A stretch of DNA of 64,000 nucleotides from Octopus sinensis (Eukaryota). The translations under genes were made by a program, and so were the position numbers. Below are positions 1 through 12,171 of the stretch, piece by piece. The notes under the pieces were generated by a model. The model was not told where the DNA came from, ran no database searches, and worked only from the letters and a program-made list of their open reading frames with translations. Position 1 is the stretch's first letter, and each line of letters opens with the position of its first letter. Location of the stretch: positions 99,324,001 to 99,388,000 of the forward strand of contig NC_042998.1 in the NCBI RefSeq assembly GCF_006345805.1, read 5' to 3'.

Positions 1-10
1 GACATGTATA

Positions 11-63
<53 letters not shown>

Positions 64-744
64 ATAGATATATATCACCCTCTTTCAACATGATCATAAA
101 ATACTGTAGGTATGACAATTTTGCAGATACAGTCAATGTTGGGAAGAGGATCTAACAATATTAGGTTTGGAATCTCATTTTAGATTTTGCTAAACCAAAA
201 AAAAAAAGATTATTCCATTATATCGCGACAACTTTTTTAATATATTCAACCTTTAAATTCCTAAGTTTCGCCTCCCACAAAAAGAAAATCAGAAATAGAA
301 AAAAAAACCCAATAAAATGAAATTGCCAGTCCTTTCTGAGTGGTCTGTCAAAATGATTAAAGATAGAAAAGAAATATTATGAATATTTGAACATTGGTTT
401 TCTATCTTAGCGTTTTACATTTTTTTAAATCATGTCTAATCATGTTTTAAGTGTCTGTATATATTATTTATATTTTACATACAGCTTGCACTGATGGACA
501 TTCCTTTTATCAGCTGTTGACTGGAGGTTACAATAATTTCAGTACCTTACAACACTATCCCCTCCATCCAGCAGTGCCAAGCAGCATTGTTGCTACCAGG
601 GAATGGCCCACATCATATATATATATATAAAAGTTTGTATGTATACATGCATACTCACCCTCATATATATATATATATATATATTCATATATGTGTGTAT
701 AGTAAGCATATACCCACACACATACATATATATATATATATATA

Positions 745-949
745 AGAGGTGGTACTGAAAAGTTCCTGGCTTTGGGTAAAAGAAAATACAGGAAGATCGC
801 TTAATTACGATTTTATCCCCTCAGATTCACACACTTATTGCAACAGTCCTTCAGTTTTTCTAAGCCCTATAAAAGAAATGAAAAAGTTTGGCTTCCAACC
901 AGGCTTTTTGCAATATCCTTAAAACCAGGAACTTTTCAGCACCACCTCG
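745..949. mobile_element. mariner-type MITE
   Basis: About 27-bp TIRs (AGAGGTGGTACTGAAAAGTTCCTGG and the reverse complement of CCAGGAACTTTTCAGCACCACCTCG), flanked by TA inside (TA)n tracts; no ORF. Confidence 0.85.
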
Positions 950-953
950 TATG

Positions 954-1002
<49 letters not shown>

Positions 1003-2343
1003 GTGTTTTGGTAAAACAGGTTATTTCCTTATATCCAAAGTTTTCATGTGGGTGGCATTTGCCAAGCATACTCATCGGTGGACCCAAAATTACACACACA
1101 CATTTTCTGACTTATACAAGCACAGTTTGTGTGTGTATGTGTGTGTGTGTGCATGCGCATATATATACATGTGCACACACACATTCATTGTTTTTGTATA
1201 GTTTTTCTTGAACAAAATGATGAGTGCTTGATAAGTATATAGTGTCTTGTACTTGCATGTATGGTAACTAGAATTACAAAGTCATGTTCTAAGATGATTG
1301 TCTCTGTCAGTGGATGAAAGCTAAAAATTGCAATACCATGTGTCATTCACTATATCAAATATGTCAGTAAAATCTCTTTTAAAATGGATTAAGGATATGA
1401 CTATGATTAGTCTTTTAATAACTGGTCCATTTCTACATGATATACATCCTAAGCAAAATGAACTGTATTAGTGTCAGTATTCTGTCTTTCATCTCTTCAT
1501 TTCAAAATAATTTTCAAAAATCCACATTCTTTTTCGCTTGGAACTGACAGAATGAGCTGATCATTTTAAAACTAATGTTCTAGAATCCCTAAATATGTCC
1601 ATTCCTGTTATTAATGCATTCTGAAGTCATTTATCCATATTGCAGAAAAGCTCTAAGTATCAACTTCAATCCTATACATAAATTCTGAATCTCAGCCTGT
1701 TGCCACATATTCAAAGTCTTCGGAATGAAATTTAAAAGAGACTCTCCTGATGTGTGGATACTATGAATGACACTTCACATACATAAGAAATTTGAATGGT
1801 TACAAACCAGTGAGGGAACCTCTTCATGGTTGCTCAATCTGCCTCCACTTCAAACCTAAAGAAAGGCACATTAGATAATGTAATCCTAGATAACCCTAAA
1901 GTGATCAGATTGTAATAATTGCAATGCTTTTGATCATAGGTTTTCTCAACCAAGGTTGACTTGGGTCTGAACAACATTTGAATGGCTAAATTATAAACTT
2001 ACCCATTAACAACAACCTTTCATCTACTGTCAAACATCTTGGATTCATACACAGTTGGCTGTCAGAACCCTTTATAATCCCAGTTAACACATACATAAAT
2101 GTGTGTGTGTGTGTATGTGAGTGTACATATATATATATGTATGTGTACATATATGTGTATATTTATATATACATGTATGTATATGTGTGTGTATATATAT
2201 ATATATTTAAACGTGTATATATACATATATAAACGTGTATATATATATATATATATATACACCTATATATATATAGACACACACACACAATTATATATAA
2301 ATAGGTGTGTGTGTGTATACATATATAAAAATATGTATATATC

Positions 2344-2369
<26 letters not shown>

Positions 2370-2381
<12 letters not shown>

Positions 2382-2567
2382 ATAAATGTGTATATGTATA
2401 CATGTGTTTATGTATATACATATATATGTATATATATATCTATCTATATATATATAGATATATTTGTGAATATATATACATATATGCATGTGTGTGCGTG
2501 TATATATATATATAAATATATATTTTTTTGGTATGTATGTATATATAGATATATCTATCTATATAGA

Positions 2568-2605
<38 letters not shown>

Positions 2606-2643
2606 GTTATCTGTATGTATATATTTATGTATATATATATGTG

Positions 2644-2676
<33 letters not shown>

Positions 2677-3582
2677 GTATATAAGTGTATGTGAGTATTT
2701 GTGTATGCATATATGTATTACCATACCAATTGTGATACGAGGTAACTCACTCATAATTCCAATTTTCTGAACTATTAATCTCACTTTAGTTTTAACCTGT
2801 CCATTTTTCAGTCATCTTCAAGTCCCTTATTTATAAATAAAAAACACAGATACTTTTGCTAGATTTCAATTCAGAATTTCTATATTTAATGCAAAGCATT
2901 GAAAACATAGAAGTAGAAATAAATATTCTGAGGTCAAATCTAGTCAAAGGATGTATGTGTACCGAAAAATGGCATCTGAAGACAATCAGAATAGATCAAT
3001 AGAAAGATAGTGTAAAAATTGTTACAATATCAATGAGGCAAAAAGACAAGGAAAACTCCCACATACTGGTTCCTTGTTTGCAACTGGTCTACAGAATTAA
3101 AAAAATTGGCAGTGATTATCAGTAAGATGCCCACTATAAAGAATGCTCTGTTTTATTTATTTGCTATTCTCAAATGCATCAGATTCTTAACAGACAAAAA
3201 GATTTTCTTGTTATGGCTTCAATGCAAGAATTTATCAACTAACGAACGAATGACTCATTAGATCTCATTTTCAGTTTAATATGTGTGTATATGCATGTAT
3301 ATGTATATATATATATATATATATACATATAATAAATGTGTATATGTATACATGTGTTTATGTATATACATATATATGTATATATATATCTATCTATATA
3401 TATATAGATATATTTGTGAATATATATACATATATGCATGTGTGTGCGTGTATATATATATATAATATATATTTTTTTGGTATGTATGTATATATAGATA
3501 TATCTATCTATATATATATATATGTATGTATGTATGTATGTATATATATATATATATAGTTATCTGTATGTATATATTTATG

Positions 3583-3615
<33 letters not shown>

Positions 3616-4270
3616 TATATATATGTATATATATGTATGTATATAAGTGTATGTGAGTATTTGTGTATGCATATATGTATTACCATACCAATTGTGATAC
3701 GAGGTAACTCACTCATAATTCCAATTTTCTGAACTATTAATCTCACTTTAGTTTTAACCTGTCCATTTTTCAGTCATCTTCAAGTCCCTTATTTATAAAT
3801 AAAAAACACAGATACTTTTGCTAGATTTCAATTCAGAATTTCTATATTTAATGCAAAGCATTGAAAACATAGAAGTAGAAATAAATATTCTGAGGTCAAA
3901 TCTAGTCAAAGGATGTATGTGTACCGAAAAATGGCATCTGAAGACAATCAGAATAGATCAATAGAAAGATAGTGTAAAAATTGTTACAATATCAATGAGG
4001 CAAAAAGACAAGGAAAACTCCCACATACTGGTTCCTTGTTTGCAACTGGTCTACAGAATTAAAAAAATTGGCAGTGATTATCAGTAAGATGCCCACTATA
4101 AGAATGCTCTGTTTTATTTATTTGCTATTCTCAAATGCATCAGATTCTTAACAGACAAAAAGATTTTCTTGTTATGGCTTCAATGCAAGAATTTATCAAC
4201 TAACGAACGAATGACTCATTAGATCTCATTTTCAGTTTAATATGTGTGTATATGCATGTATATGTATATA
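2370..4270. repeat. about 960-bp near-perfect tandem duplication
   Basis: Unique block at 2691-3290 recurs at offset +962 (+961 after a 1-bp indel near 3138/4100); breakpoints lie in TA microsatellite. Confidence 0.95.
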
Positions 4271-7200
4271 TATATATATATTATATATATGTATATATAT
4301 GTATGTATATACATATATGTATGTATATATATGTGCGTATATATACATATATATACACACACACATACTATTAACTAAGATATCCTGACAATTAGTGATC
4401 AGATAAGCAAATACATTTGTCAATTCATTGCATAGCTTCAAATTTTTTTTTATATTATTTTACATTTTAATTTATTTTTATTGTCTCTGGCTTCAGTCTT
4501 GCCTCTTTATAAATGGCCTTCCTTTAGATCTTGTAACATATACATATATATATATTTACACAATGTTTATCACCCCATTTGGCTGTCGTCAAGCATATGT
4601 TTGCTTACTGCTGTAACAGGCTAAATAAAGGCTTATTTTTTAATCACTGAACTTTTTTAATTAATTTTTTTGTAGACGCTGTGGTTATAGAAACCCATTC
4701 TGTGTTGATGAGAGAATAATGTTACAAAGATATTTTAATTGCTCTATCTTCTAAATATTTAAAATTGATTCTCCCACTTCCCCACAAAAAAGAACATCCC
4801 ATCTTGTCCGACTTATTAGTCAGATAACTGTTTCCCTTAATATAATATATATTAAAGTCCTTCCTTTATTTTGCTAAATCTATTGAAATGAATGCATGAA
4901 AATTAAAAATCTGAACATCGAAAATGTTCATACTTATCAAGTTAATGAAAGGTTAAATGTGGAGAACCAAAACAGTTTCCAGTTGTCAATTTTACACCCA
5001 AACATACTGGAAATTTACATTTAAATGGTAGTACTTCATATTATTCTTGCAACAACAGCATTTTTTGTGGCTCCTTTAATCTTGGCATGGTCAACTTTGC
5101 CCTTTTTGGAGTTGATAAAACTAGTACCATTCAAGTACTGGGTCAACGTAATCAACTTACCCCTCCCCTTAAAAAACTGCTGGCCTTGTGCCAAAATTAG
5201 ATAGAATTATTCCTTCAGTTCTTCATTCAATTTTCTTAGCTAAATAAGTATTTAACAGAGGTAAACTTTCTGGTTGGCTAATCCATTATAAAATTTCATT
5301 TAAACAAACAAAATTTTCTTTTATTTAACCCATTTTTAGGCCTTCCTACAATTAATGTTCACTTTTAATTCTAGAATGATATAAAATCCACCAAAATAAA
5401 TTGTTTGGAATTTAAGAATTCAAGAAGAAAAAAATATGAAGCTGTTCTGACAGTTATGCAATCTTGTGTATCTCTTATTACTGAATTCAGACTTATAAAA
5501 ATACTTAGTTATTGTTTGTTTTAGTTTTCTTCTCATAATAACATCAGTTTTACCTCTAACATAGTAAAGTAATAGATTAAATAAGTTTCATCCCTAATGT
5601 CCTGAGTCTAAATTCTGCTGAGATCAAACTTAAGTTTCTCACTATATGCAATCTTTCAAGTGACATCTCTTTTGTGTCAATTGAATCAACTATGTCTTAC
5701 CTTCGAGGGCAAAAATGGCTAATTAAAGCATTTTCAATCAACCTACTACAAAATGCAGCCAAATTTCCTTTAATACACACTGCACAAAGTTAACCAAGAA
5801 AGGACACATTTCTTAAAAATATGGGACGATCAATGCTAGAATGTTTTTTAACTATAGGACAGTTCAATCATACTTGACCAAGAAATAAACAGCAAATTGG
5901 CTTTTTGCTGAAGACACCAATAATTTTTCTTCTTTGCTTAGAAGCATGGCTTATTTTGTAACCTATTATATGTTATGGAATATTTGCTTTCTTAGTATGT
6001 TGTGACAGGAGAGATTAACACTTAGGAGTTTTGTTCAATTATTAATATAATCAATGCTTACATTAGCCAACTGCTAAACAATGGAGCTTTTGAATAATAC
6101 AATGAAAATATTTGCATAAAAGAGAGAAAAAGAGTAATGAACTAGTACTATTGGTGACCAAAAGATATTCCTGTAACAGAGAAAGCCCTCCTTTTCACCA
6201 AATTATTTTCCATATTTGTAACTTTCCAATGACATATAATAAAGATTTTATTTCATTTTATTAAATGCACAGCTACACTGCAGTTATACCATAAGCATGT
6301 GCAATGTGTCGACCAAAATATGTGAACCTATACCAGCCCAATAAAGTCCAAAACTAAATTTGGTATTATGCAGAACTATTTCTAAAAAAAAATTATTAAA
6401 AAGTATTTGAAATAAAGTATGTTTCTGAACATTTAAAACACTTTTTCTTTCCAACATTAAAAGTGGTTTTACATATCATGAAAGAGAGAATGACAATACT
6501 ATAAAATTATTTAATGAGGTTTTTAAGGATTATATGCATCAGAATTTTAAAATACATAATCTTTACAGAACCCGAACTTCATGTGTATTAGAAATATAAA
6601 TTTTTCATGCCACTGAAGAAAAGGTAAAAGTAAAATGTGCTAAGTTTTGTTAGTAAATTAAACTTAATTCTTTGCATGTTGTTGTCCCTCGTAGACTTTA
6701 CACTAAACATTTTGCCCAAGTTCTTTCTCGGAACACCACTCCTTTACAATTCACTCAACTCACTTCTCCACAAGCCATCAATTTGTATTGTTCAACAATA
6801 TCAACTCTATCAATCTCACCGGTTTAGCCTGCATGACCTCTTTTTACAAACCAAAACAAAATTAATTTAAAAAAATTAAAAATAGTTAATTGTAGTAAAG
6901 AATTATTTCAAGTAAGTATTTCAATGATTGTAAACAACACAGATTTCATAGGCAATGCTACAGATGACTACAATAAAATATCAGGCTAGATGCTTTTAAT
7001 ATTAATCAGTTTGGTACATATTAGTTCCGAGTTTAAAATCCAGCCAGGAACCTTGATTTCCATATATCTTGTGAAATATGGGAGTAATTCCAATTCAATT
7101 TTGTTTTCTTCCACTTCAGAAGAATTCAATATTGTATCATCATCATCATTTAACATTCATGTTCCTTGCTAGCATGGGAGAGCCGGCTAGGCCAAAGCCT

Positions 7201-7784
7201 GCACCGGACTTCACAGCTGGATGCCCTTCCAAACACCAACTACTTTACAGTGTGGATTGGGTGCTTTTAAGTGTATATTGATGGAAAAGGAGGATGACTT
7301 ATTTATTTATTCAGAAATCCAATTCAAAATGTTGAAGAGTTTTTAAGCTAACTGATCAATATACTTTTCACAGTTATAGTAACAATCTCTGTTTTAGTAT
7401 CTCTTATCTGATTGAAAGAAGGAGTATGCCCATCATTATGGCTGAGGGTCAGGGACCTTAAACAGCTGCTGTTTTTCTCCATATATTGCAGTCTCATGCT
7501 GCAGCCATACACTCCATCAGGATCCTTTTTGTCTAGTCCTTGAGGTCATTGTTCCAGTTTTATTTTTCATAGCCCAGCCCCTGAGGACATGGGCACAGGG
7601 GTTCTAAAGAGCCCTGATAATGAAGCAAACACTATGTTTTAGCCACTTGACCATTATAATCATCTAATCTAACAAATAATATGCCTGCAATTAAAAGATA
7701 GACACAATACAAAGTCTACAATAAGAAACTGGTTGAAAAGCATTACAAGTAGGTTGACACATCACTTAAAATAAAATTAAATCA

Positions 7785-8165
7785 TCATCATTTAACGTCT
7801 GTTGTCCATGCTGGCATGGGTGGGACAGTTTGACTGGGCAGGTACGCTGCACCAGACTCCAGTCTGATTTGGCATGATTTTCTATGGCTGGATGCCCTTC
7901 CTAACACCAACCACTCCGAGAATGTCATGGGTGCCATTTGCGTGACACTGGTATCTGCCACGACTGCAATTTTGCTTGGCTTGATGGTCTTCTCAAGCAC
8001 AACATAATGCCAAAGGTCTTGGTCATTACCTCCATGGGACCCAAAACTCAAAAGGAACTCAGCCACTTTGCCTCTGTGAGGCCCAATGCTCAAAAAGTGT
8101 TCTTTTTGGCTTGATGGGTCCTCTCAAGCACAGCTCATTGCGAAAGACCTCTGTGAGGTTCAAAG
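7785..8165 (-). mobile_element. 5'-truncated RTE LINE 3' end
   Basis: Same 3'UTR core (GGATGCCCTTCCTAAC..CCAACCAC) and (GAT)n tail as 31127-31650. Confidence 0.8.
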
Positions 8166-8803
8166 TTCGAAGATAATTAAAAAAGAAAACAGACATGATA
8201 AATAAAACACAACAAAGGTTTTTGTGAAAAGAGTAAATAATTGAGTCATTTTTATTTAATTAGTAAAATGGTTCTAATAACAGTCAATTATCAGTCAAGA
8301 AGTTAATTGATAGACATGAAAATGATTACAGAAGGTATAAATGACTGCAATAGATGTAAATGAATCCCAGCAAAAAAGAAAAAAGAAAAAAAACAAAGTT
8401 AACCAATCCATTGTTTTAGTTCTGGTTGCAGTACCAAAACTGCTAACAGTATCCACAAATACTCAAGCTCTTAATCTATAGCAGGACTGACAAAAACTTG
8501 AAGTGTTCAAATTTATCTTATGGTTACGGAAAATAATTGATCAGTCATGTTAAAATGGTGAAGCAGTTAATCAGAATGGTAATAGTTTATGGTATTTCAA
8601 AGAGAGAGTGGGCAAAAGAATTCTTTCCAGTGGGATCCATCACATCTTTTCATGATATGGCTAGAAATAATTTAAGCTGGATTTCTTAAATTATTCTTAA
8701 TGTAAATATCTCTTTCATACAGTCACTGCATTATATGTACATCATCCTATGAAAGTAAGAACTGAAGCAAACTGACTATTGGAAAACTCTGGTTCTTCTA
8801 TTC

Positions 8804-8872
8804 TCATATGTTGATAACACGGCTCAGTTTCTGGACTCTATTTAAAAGAATATCTCCTTGCCTGATTGTAGC
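8804..8872 (-). CDS. PSMD6: PSMD6 exon 8 (last coding exon)
   Basis: cccttttag acceptor; [22 protein letters not shown] then TGA. Confidence 0.96.
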   Translation of the reverse strand, partial: ATIRQGDILLNRVQKLSRVINI

Positions 8873-11800
8873 CTAAAAGGGATAAATATAAACGAAATAT
8901 TAGTGATGTGTATAATTGAATACAGATAAGGAAATATAAAAAGGAAATACAGATAAGGAAATATAAAAAAAAATATCACAAGTGCAGTAAAAATTGTAAA
9001 ATATACACCAGTTATGTTCACATACATATGGATAAAAGTTTCAAGTAATCAATAAAATGTTTTTATGCTGTTACTGACACATAAATATGTTGTAGAAAAG
9101 AAATGAAATCATTATACATGAGTAGGAACTTCTGATAACAGTAAATGAGAATGCCTCAGGAAATGAAAAAGAATCAGACACAAGTCCAGCACCTCTTACA
9201 ATTCTGATTTTCAGTGGTAAACAAAAAAGAAGAAAAAAAGAAATTATAAATAACACAACCTGTTAGAAAATTACTATTTTTTTAAATCTCACAACGTTAG
9301 TATATTCAGCAACAGTACTTTGTAGTAAAGATTGTTTGCCAACATAACATAGCAGTCCTAGTTTAGGACGAATGTTGCTGTAATTAGCTCCAGGAGACAT
9401 CATCTCCAGCTGGCTATACAATATGATCTGTATCCTTATATTTTCGAACAAAGGAATCTAGCACCCCCACTCAGCTCTAAACAATATCTGTGTATTGCGA
9501 TTTCTGGGTTATTTCCCTTCTGTTCGGCTAGAGGCGGTACTGCCAAATTCCTTTTCGAAATATATAGTTTTCAAAGTGACAACTAGTCACTGATCTATAA
9601 ATTAGAAAATTACTATTTTTTAAAAAAATTTTACAATATGAGATACACAGATATTGTTTTGAAATGAGTTGGGGTGCTAGATTCCCTTGTTCGAAAATAT
9701 AAGGACACAGATCATGTCGTATAGCCAGCTGGAGATGGTGTCTCCTGGGGCTAAATTACAGCAACATCATCATCATCATCATCATTTAGCGTCCGTTCTC
9801 CATGCTAGCATGGGTTGGACATTAGTTCTAAACCAGGGCTGACATGTTATGTTAGTGAACAATCTTTACTACAACACAACCTGTATTATTAACAAAAATT
9901 AGTTTATATAATTTTAATAAAGTAGTGTCAGATGCGAGAAAGTATTGAGAATAAGGAGTGAATTTCCAGGGAAAGGGAGAGGTAACTAGTAACGGAAAAA
10001 AAAAAATAGAATGAACTATGTGCAGATTCTGCTCTTATGATTAACTGAAAACGTCATAGAATGGTGACAAACAGATGAATAAGAAGAGATGGATTGGGCA
10101 AAAGGGCAAGGCCTAGGAAGTGTACAGATATCCTACAAGCATTAGAAGACAAAAAGTTATTAAAATCATAAAAATTGTATAAAATGTTTATGTATTTGTT
10201 TTGTAAGATTCTTGATGTGAAATCATGTGTAGAAACAGATACTTGGGGATGGTCATCTTTAACTGACTAAATACACACACTATTGATTTGATCTTTATTT
10301 TAGCGTTATTATTATTATTTTTAGTTTATTTGTCAAAGCTCTTTCGTCACCACACAGTGACTTTCAGTTCCACATGTCTACTCTTGTCCTGCCTATTCCA
10401 TATTTGGAATAGGCAGGACACAAGTAGACATGAGGAACTGAAAGTCGCTGATGAGGTCACAGTATGGTGACGAAAGAACTCTGACAAATAAACTAATAGT
10501 AATAAAGCTAAACTAACAATCAAATAAATAGTATGTGTGTTTAATCAGCAAACAATGACCATCCCCAAATATAACAATTGTATAAAACATTTCTATAGCA
10601 GTTAGTCAGATGAGGCAGCAGAACACTCATGACTTTTGCAAGCCCTTCAAGATGGATTAGATTAATGCAGTTAATATTCAATTTCAACCTGTACAGATTA
10701 ACATCTTCAAGAAATCTAGAAACATAAACAAGGAGGGATTTACAGAAAAATAAAGGTTTGAGAGGTCAGACAATAAAGATGACATGAAGAAGAGAATCAG
10801 ATGGACTATGTGAAGGCAACATATAGTTTGTTCATTCAGAATGTGGAAACTCTTGTAGTAGCAGTGGAAAAGTCAATTCAGAAGAAACAGTGAGTCAATG
10901 TAATCATGTTGGTAAGTGAAGCATTGCCAATCTGCTAAATGAGCTTCTTTAGGATGCAGTCTAGAATGCTTGCGCATCATGTGTGTAGCAGTAGTATCAT
11001 TCCTGACATGAGAACTGTACTCTAAAAGAAATGTGGGTCTTTGTGGAAGGTTAGCAATTAATCAAAACGAAGTACTTTACAGTCCTGGAAGAGAAGCCCA
11101 AACTTTAAAATGCAGTTTTGATGGCTTCATATGTAAGGTCACCAAACATTTGTAGCAACTTTGAAGGTTTTCTTGAGTGTTGGTAGGAGAGGGCATGGTA
11201 CAAAACCCTTTCCTTGGTATGTGTAACTATGTGTTTTGTTATTGTTGAAATAAGTAAATCATTTTGTCTATAACTATAACAGACTGTCTTCAAAATGTTA
11301 AGTTATAATAACCATTGCAACATAGATATGTGATCTCGAGTACATAAACATCCTTTTTGTTTTTTAATTAACAAGATTTCTAAAGCAAAACTAACCTGAT
11401 ACTGCCAATTTTTACTATCAGGCCTGTTAGTTTCTACAATTCCTCCAACCTTGTCAATTTTGCAATGAAGTCGACCAGCAGCAATAAATCGAGAGAGTTC
11501 CCTACAAAAGATAAAAATATGAAATATTTAAACAGACTTTTTCTATTAGTTATTATAGTTACAGAGCACTGAAACATGTGACCAACCATAGTTGAAATTA
11601 TGGACACAATTTGCTTGCACATTACATTTATTTAAATATGAACACTCTGGCTTTGAGAGATCATTTTCTTTATGTTATTTTCAAACATACTTTCCTCAGT
11701 TGAAGTAAAAAAATTAGAGGATAAAAGTACAAGATATATGAAATTCTTTTTTTCAGTTTCATACATTCATCCATCAATTTAGCTTTCTAAGACATTTGTT

Positions 11801-12140
11801 ATGCAATATATTTCAGTTAAAGCAATCAATACATGCTACAGACAAAATATAGGAAACAAACTTACTGATCTATAAACTCAACAGTGACACCAAATGTCTC
11901 AGCCATGTAAGCAAGAGTCAAGCTGCGGTAAGACTCAAGGAGTTGAGAGTAAGCAACAATCCTCATTTCTCGAATATAATAGCGATAATGTGGAGACAGC
12001 AATCGATCATATTGCATTGTCTCTTCTACCCAAGCTGCAAATAATACAAAATACATTTATAAAACTTCAATAGGTAGTGATATAGCATTATTATATATAT
12101 AAAAACGGACGCTAAACGATGATGATGATGATGATGATGA

Positions 12141-12171
<31 letters not shown>

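Larger units (their letters stand above)
1..4400. repeat. (TA)n/(TG)n-rich microsatellite field
   Basis: Long compound TA/TATG/TG runs; source of the YIYI/CVCV ORFs. Confidence 0.95.

Noticed and set aside
484-620. Possible exon after ttttacatacag (CTDGHSFYQLLTG...)
   Set aside because: No recognisable homology, weak donor, no partner exons identified
860-3732. Many ORFs rich in YIYI/CVCV (also 25873-26233, 38156-38374, 41536-41813, 45758-46138, 49443-49628)
   Set aside because: Translations of (TA)n, (TG)n, (GA)n and (CA)n microsatellites, which lack stop codons in some frames
6660-7140. Short open frames downstream of PSMD6 on the minus strand
   Set aside because: No convincing splice sites or protein similarity; likely decayed TE or UTR sequence
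8251-8256. AATAAA (minus strand) as the PSMD6 polyadenylation signal
   Set aside because: Plausible at about 550 nt after the stop, but such hexamers are frequent in this AT-rich DNA and cannot be assigned without transcript data
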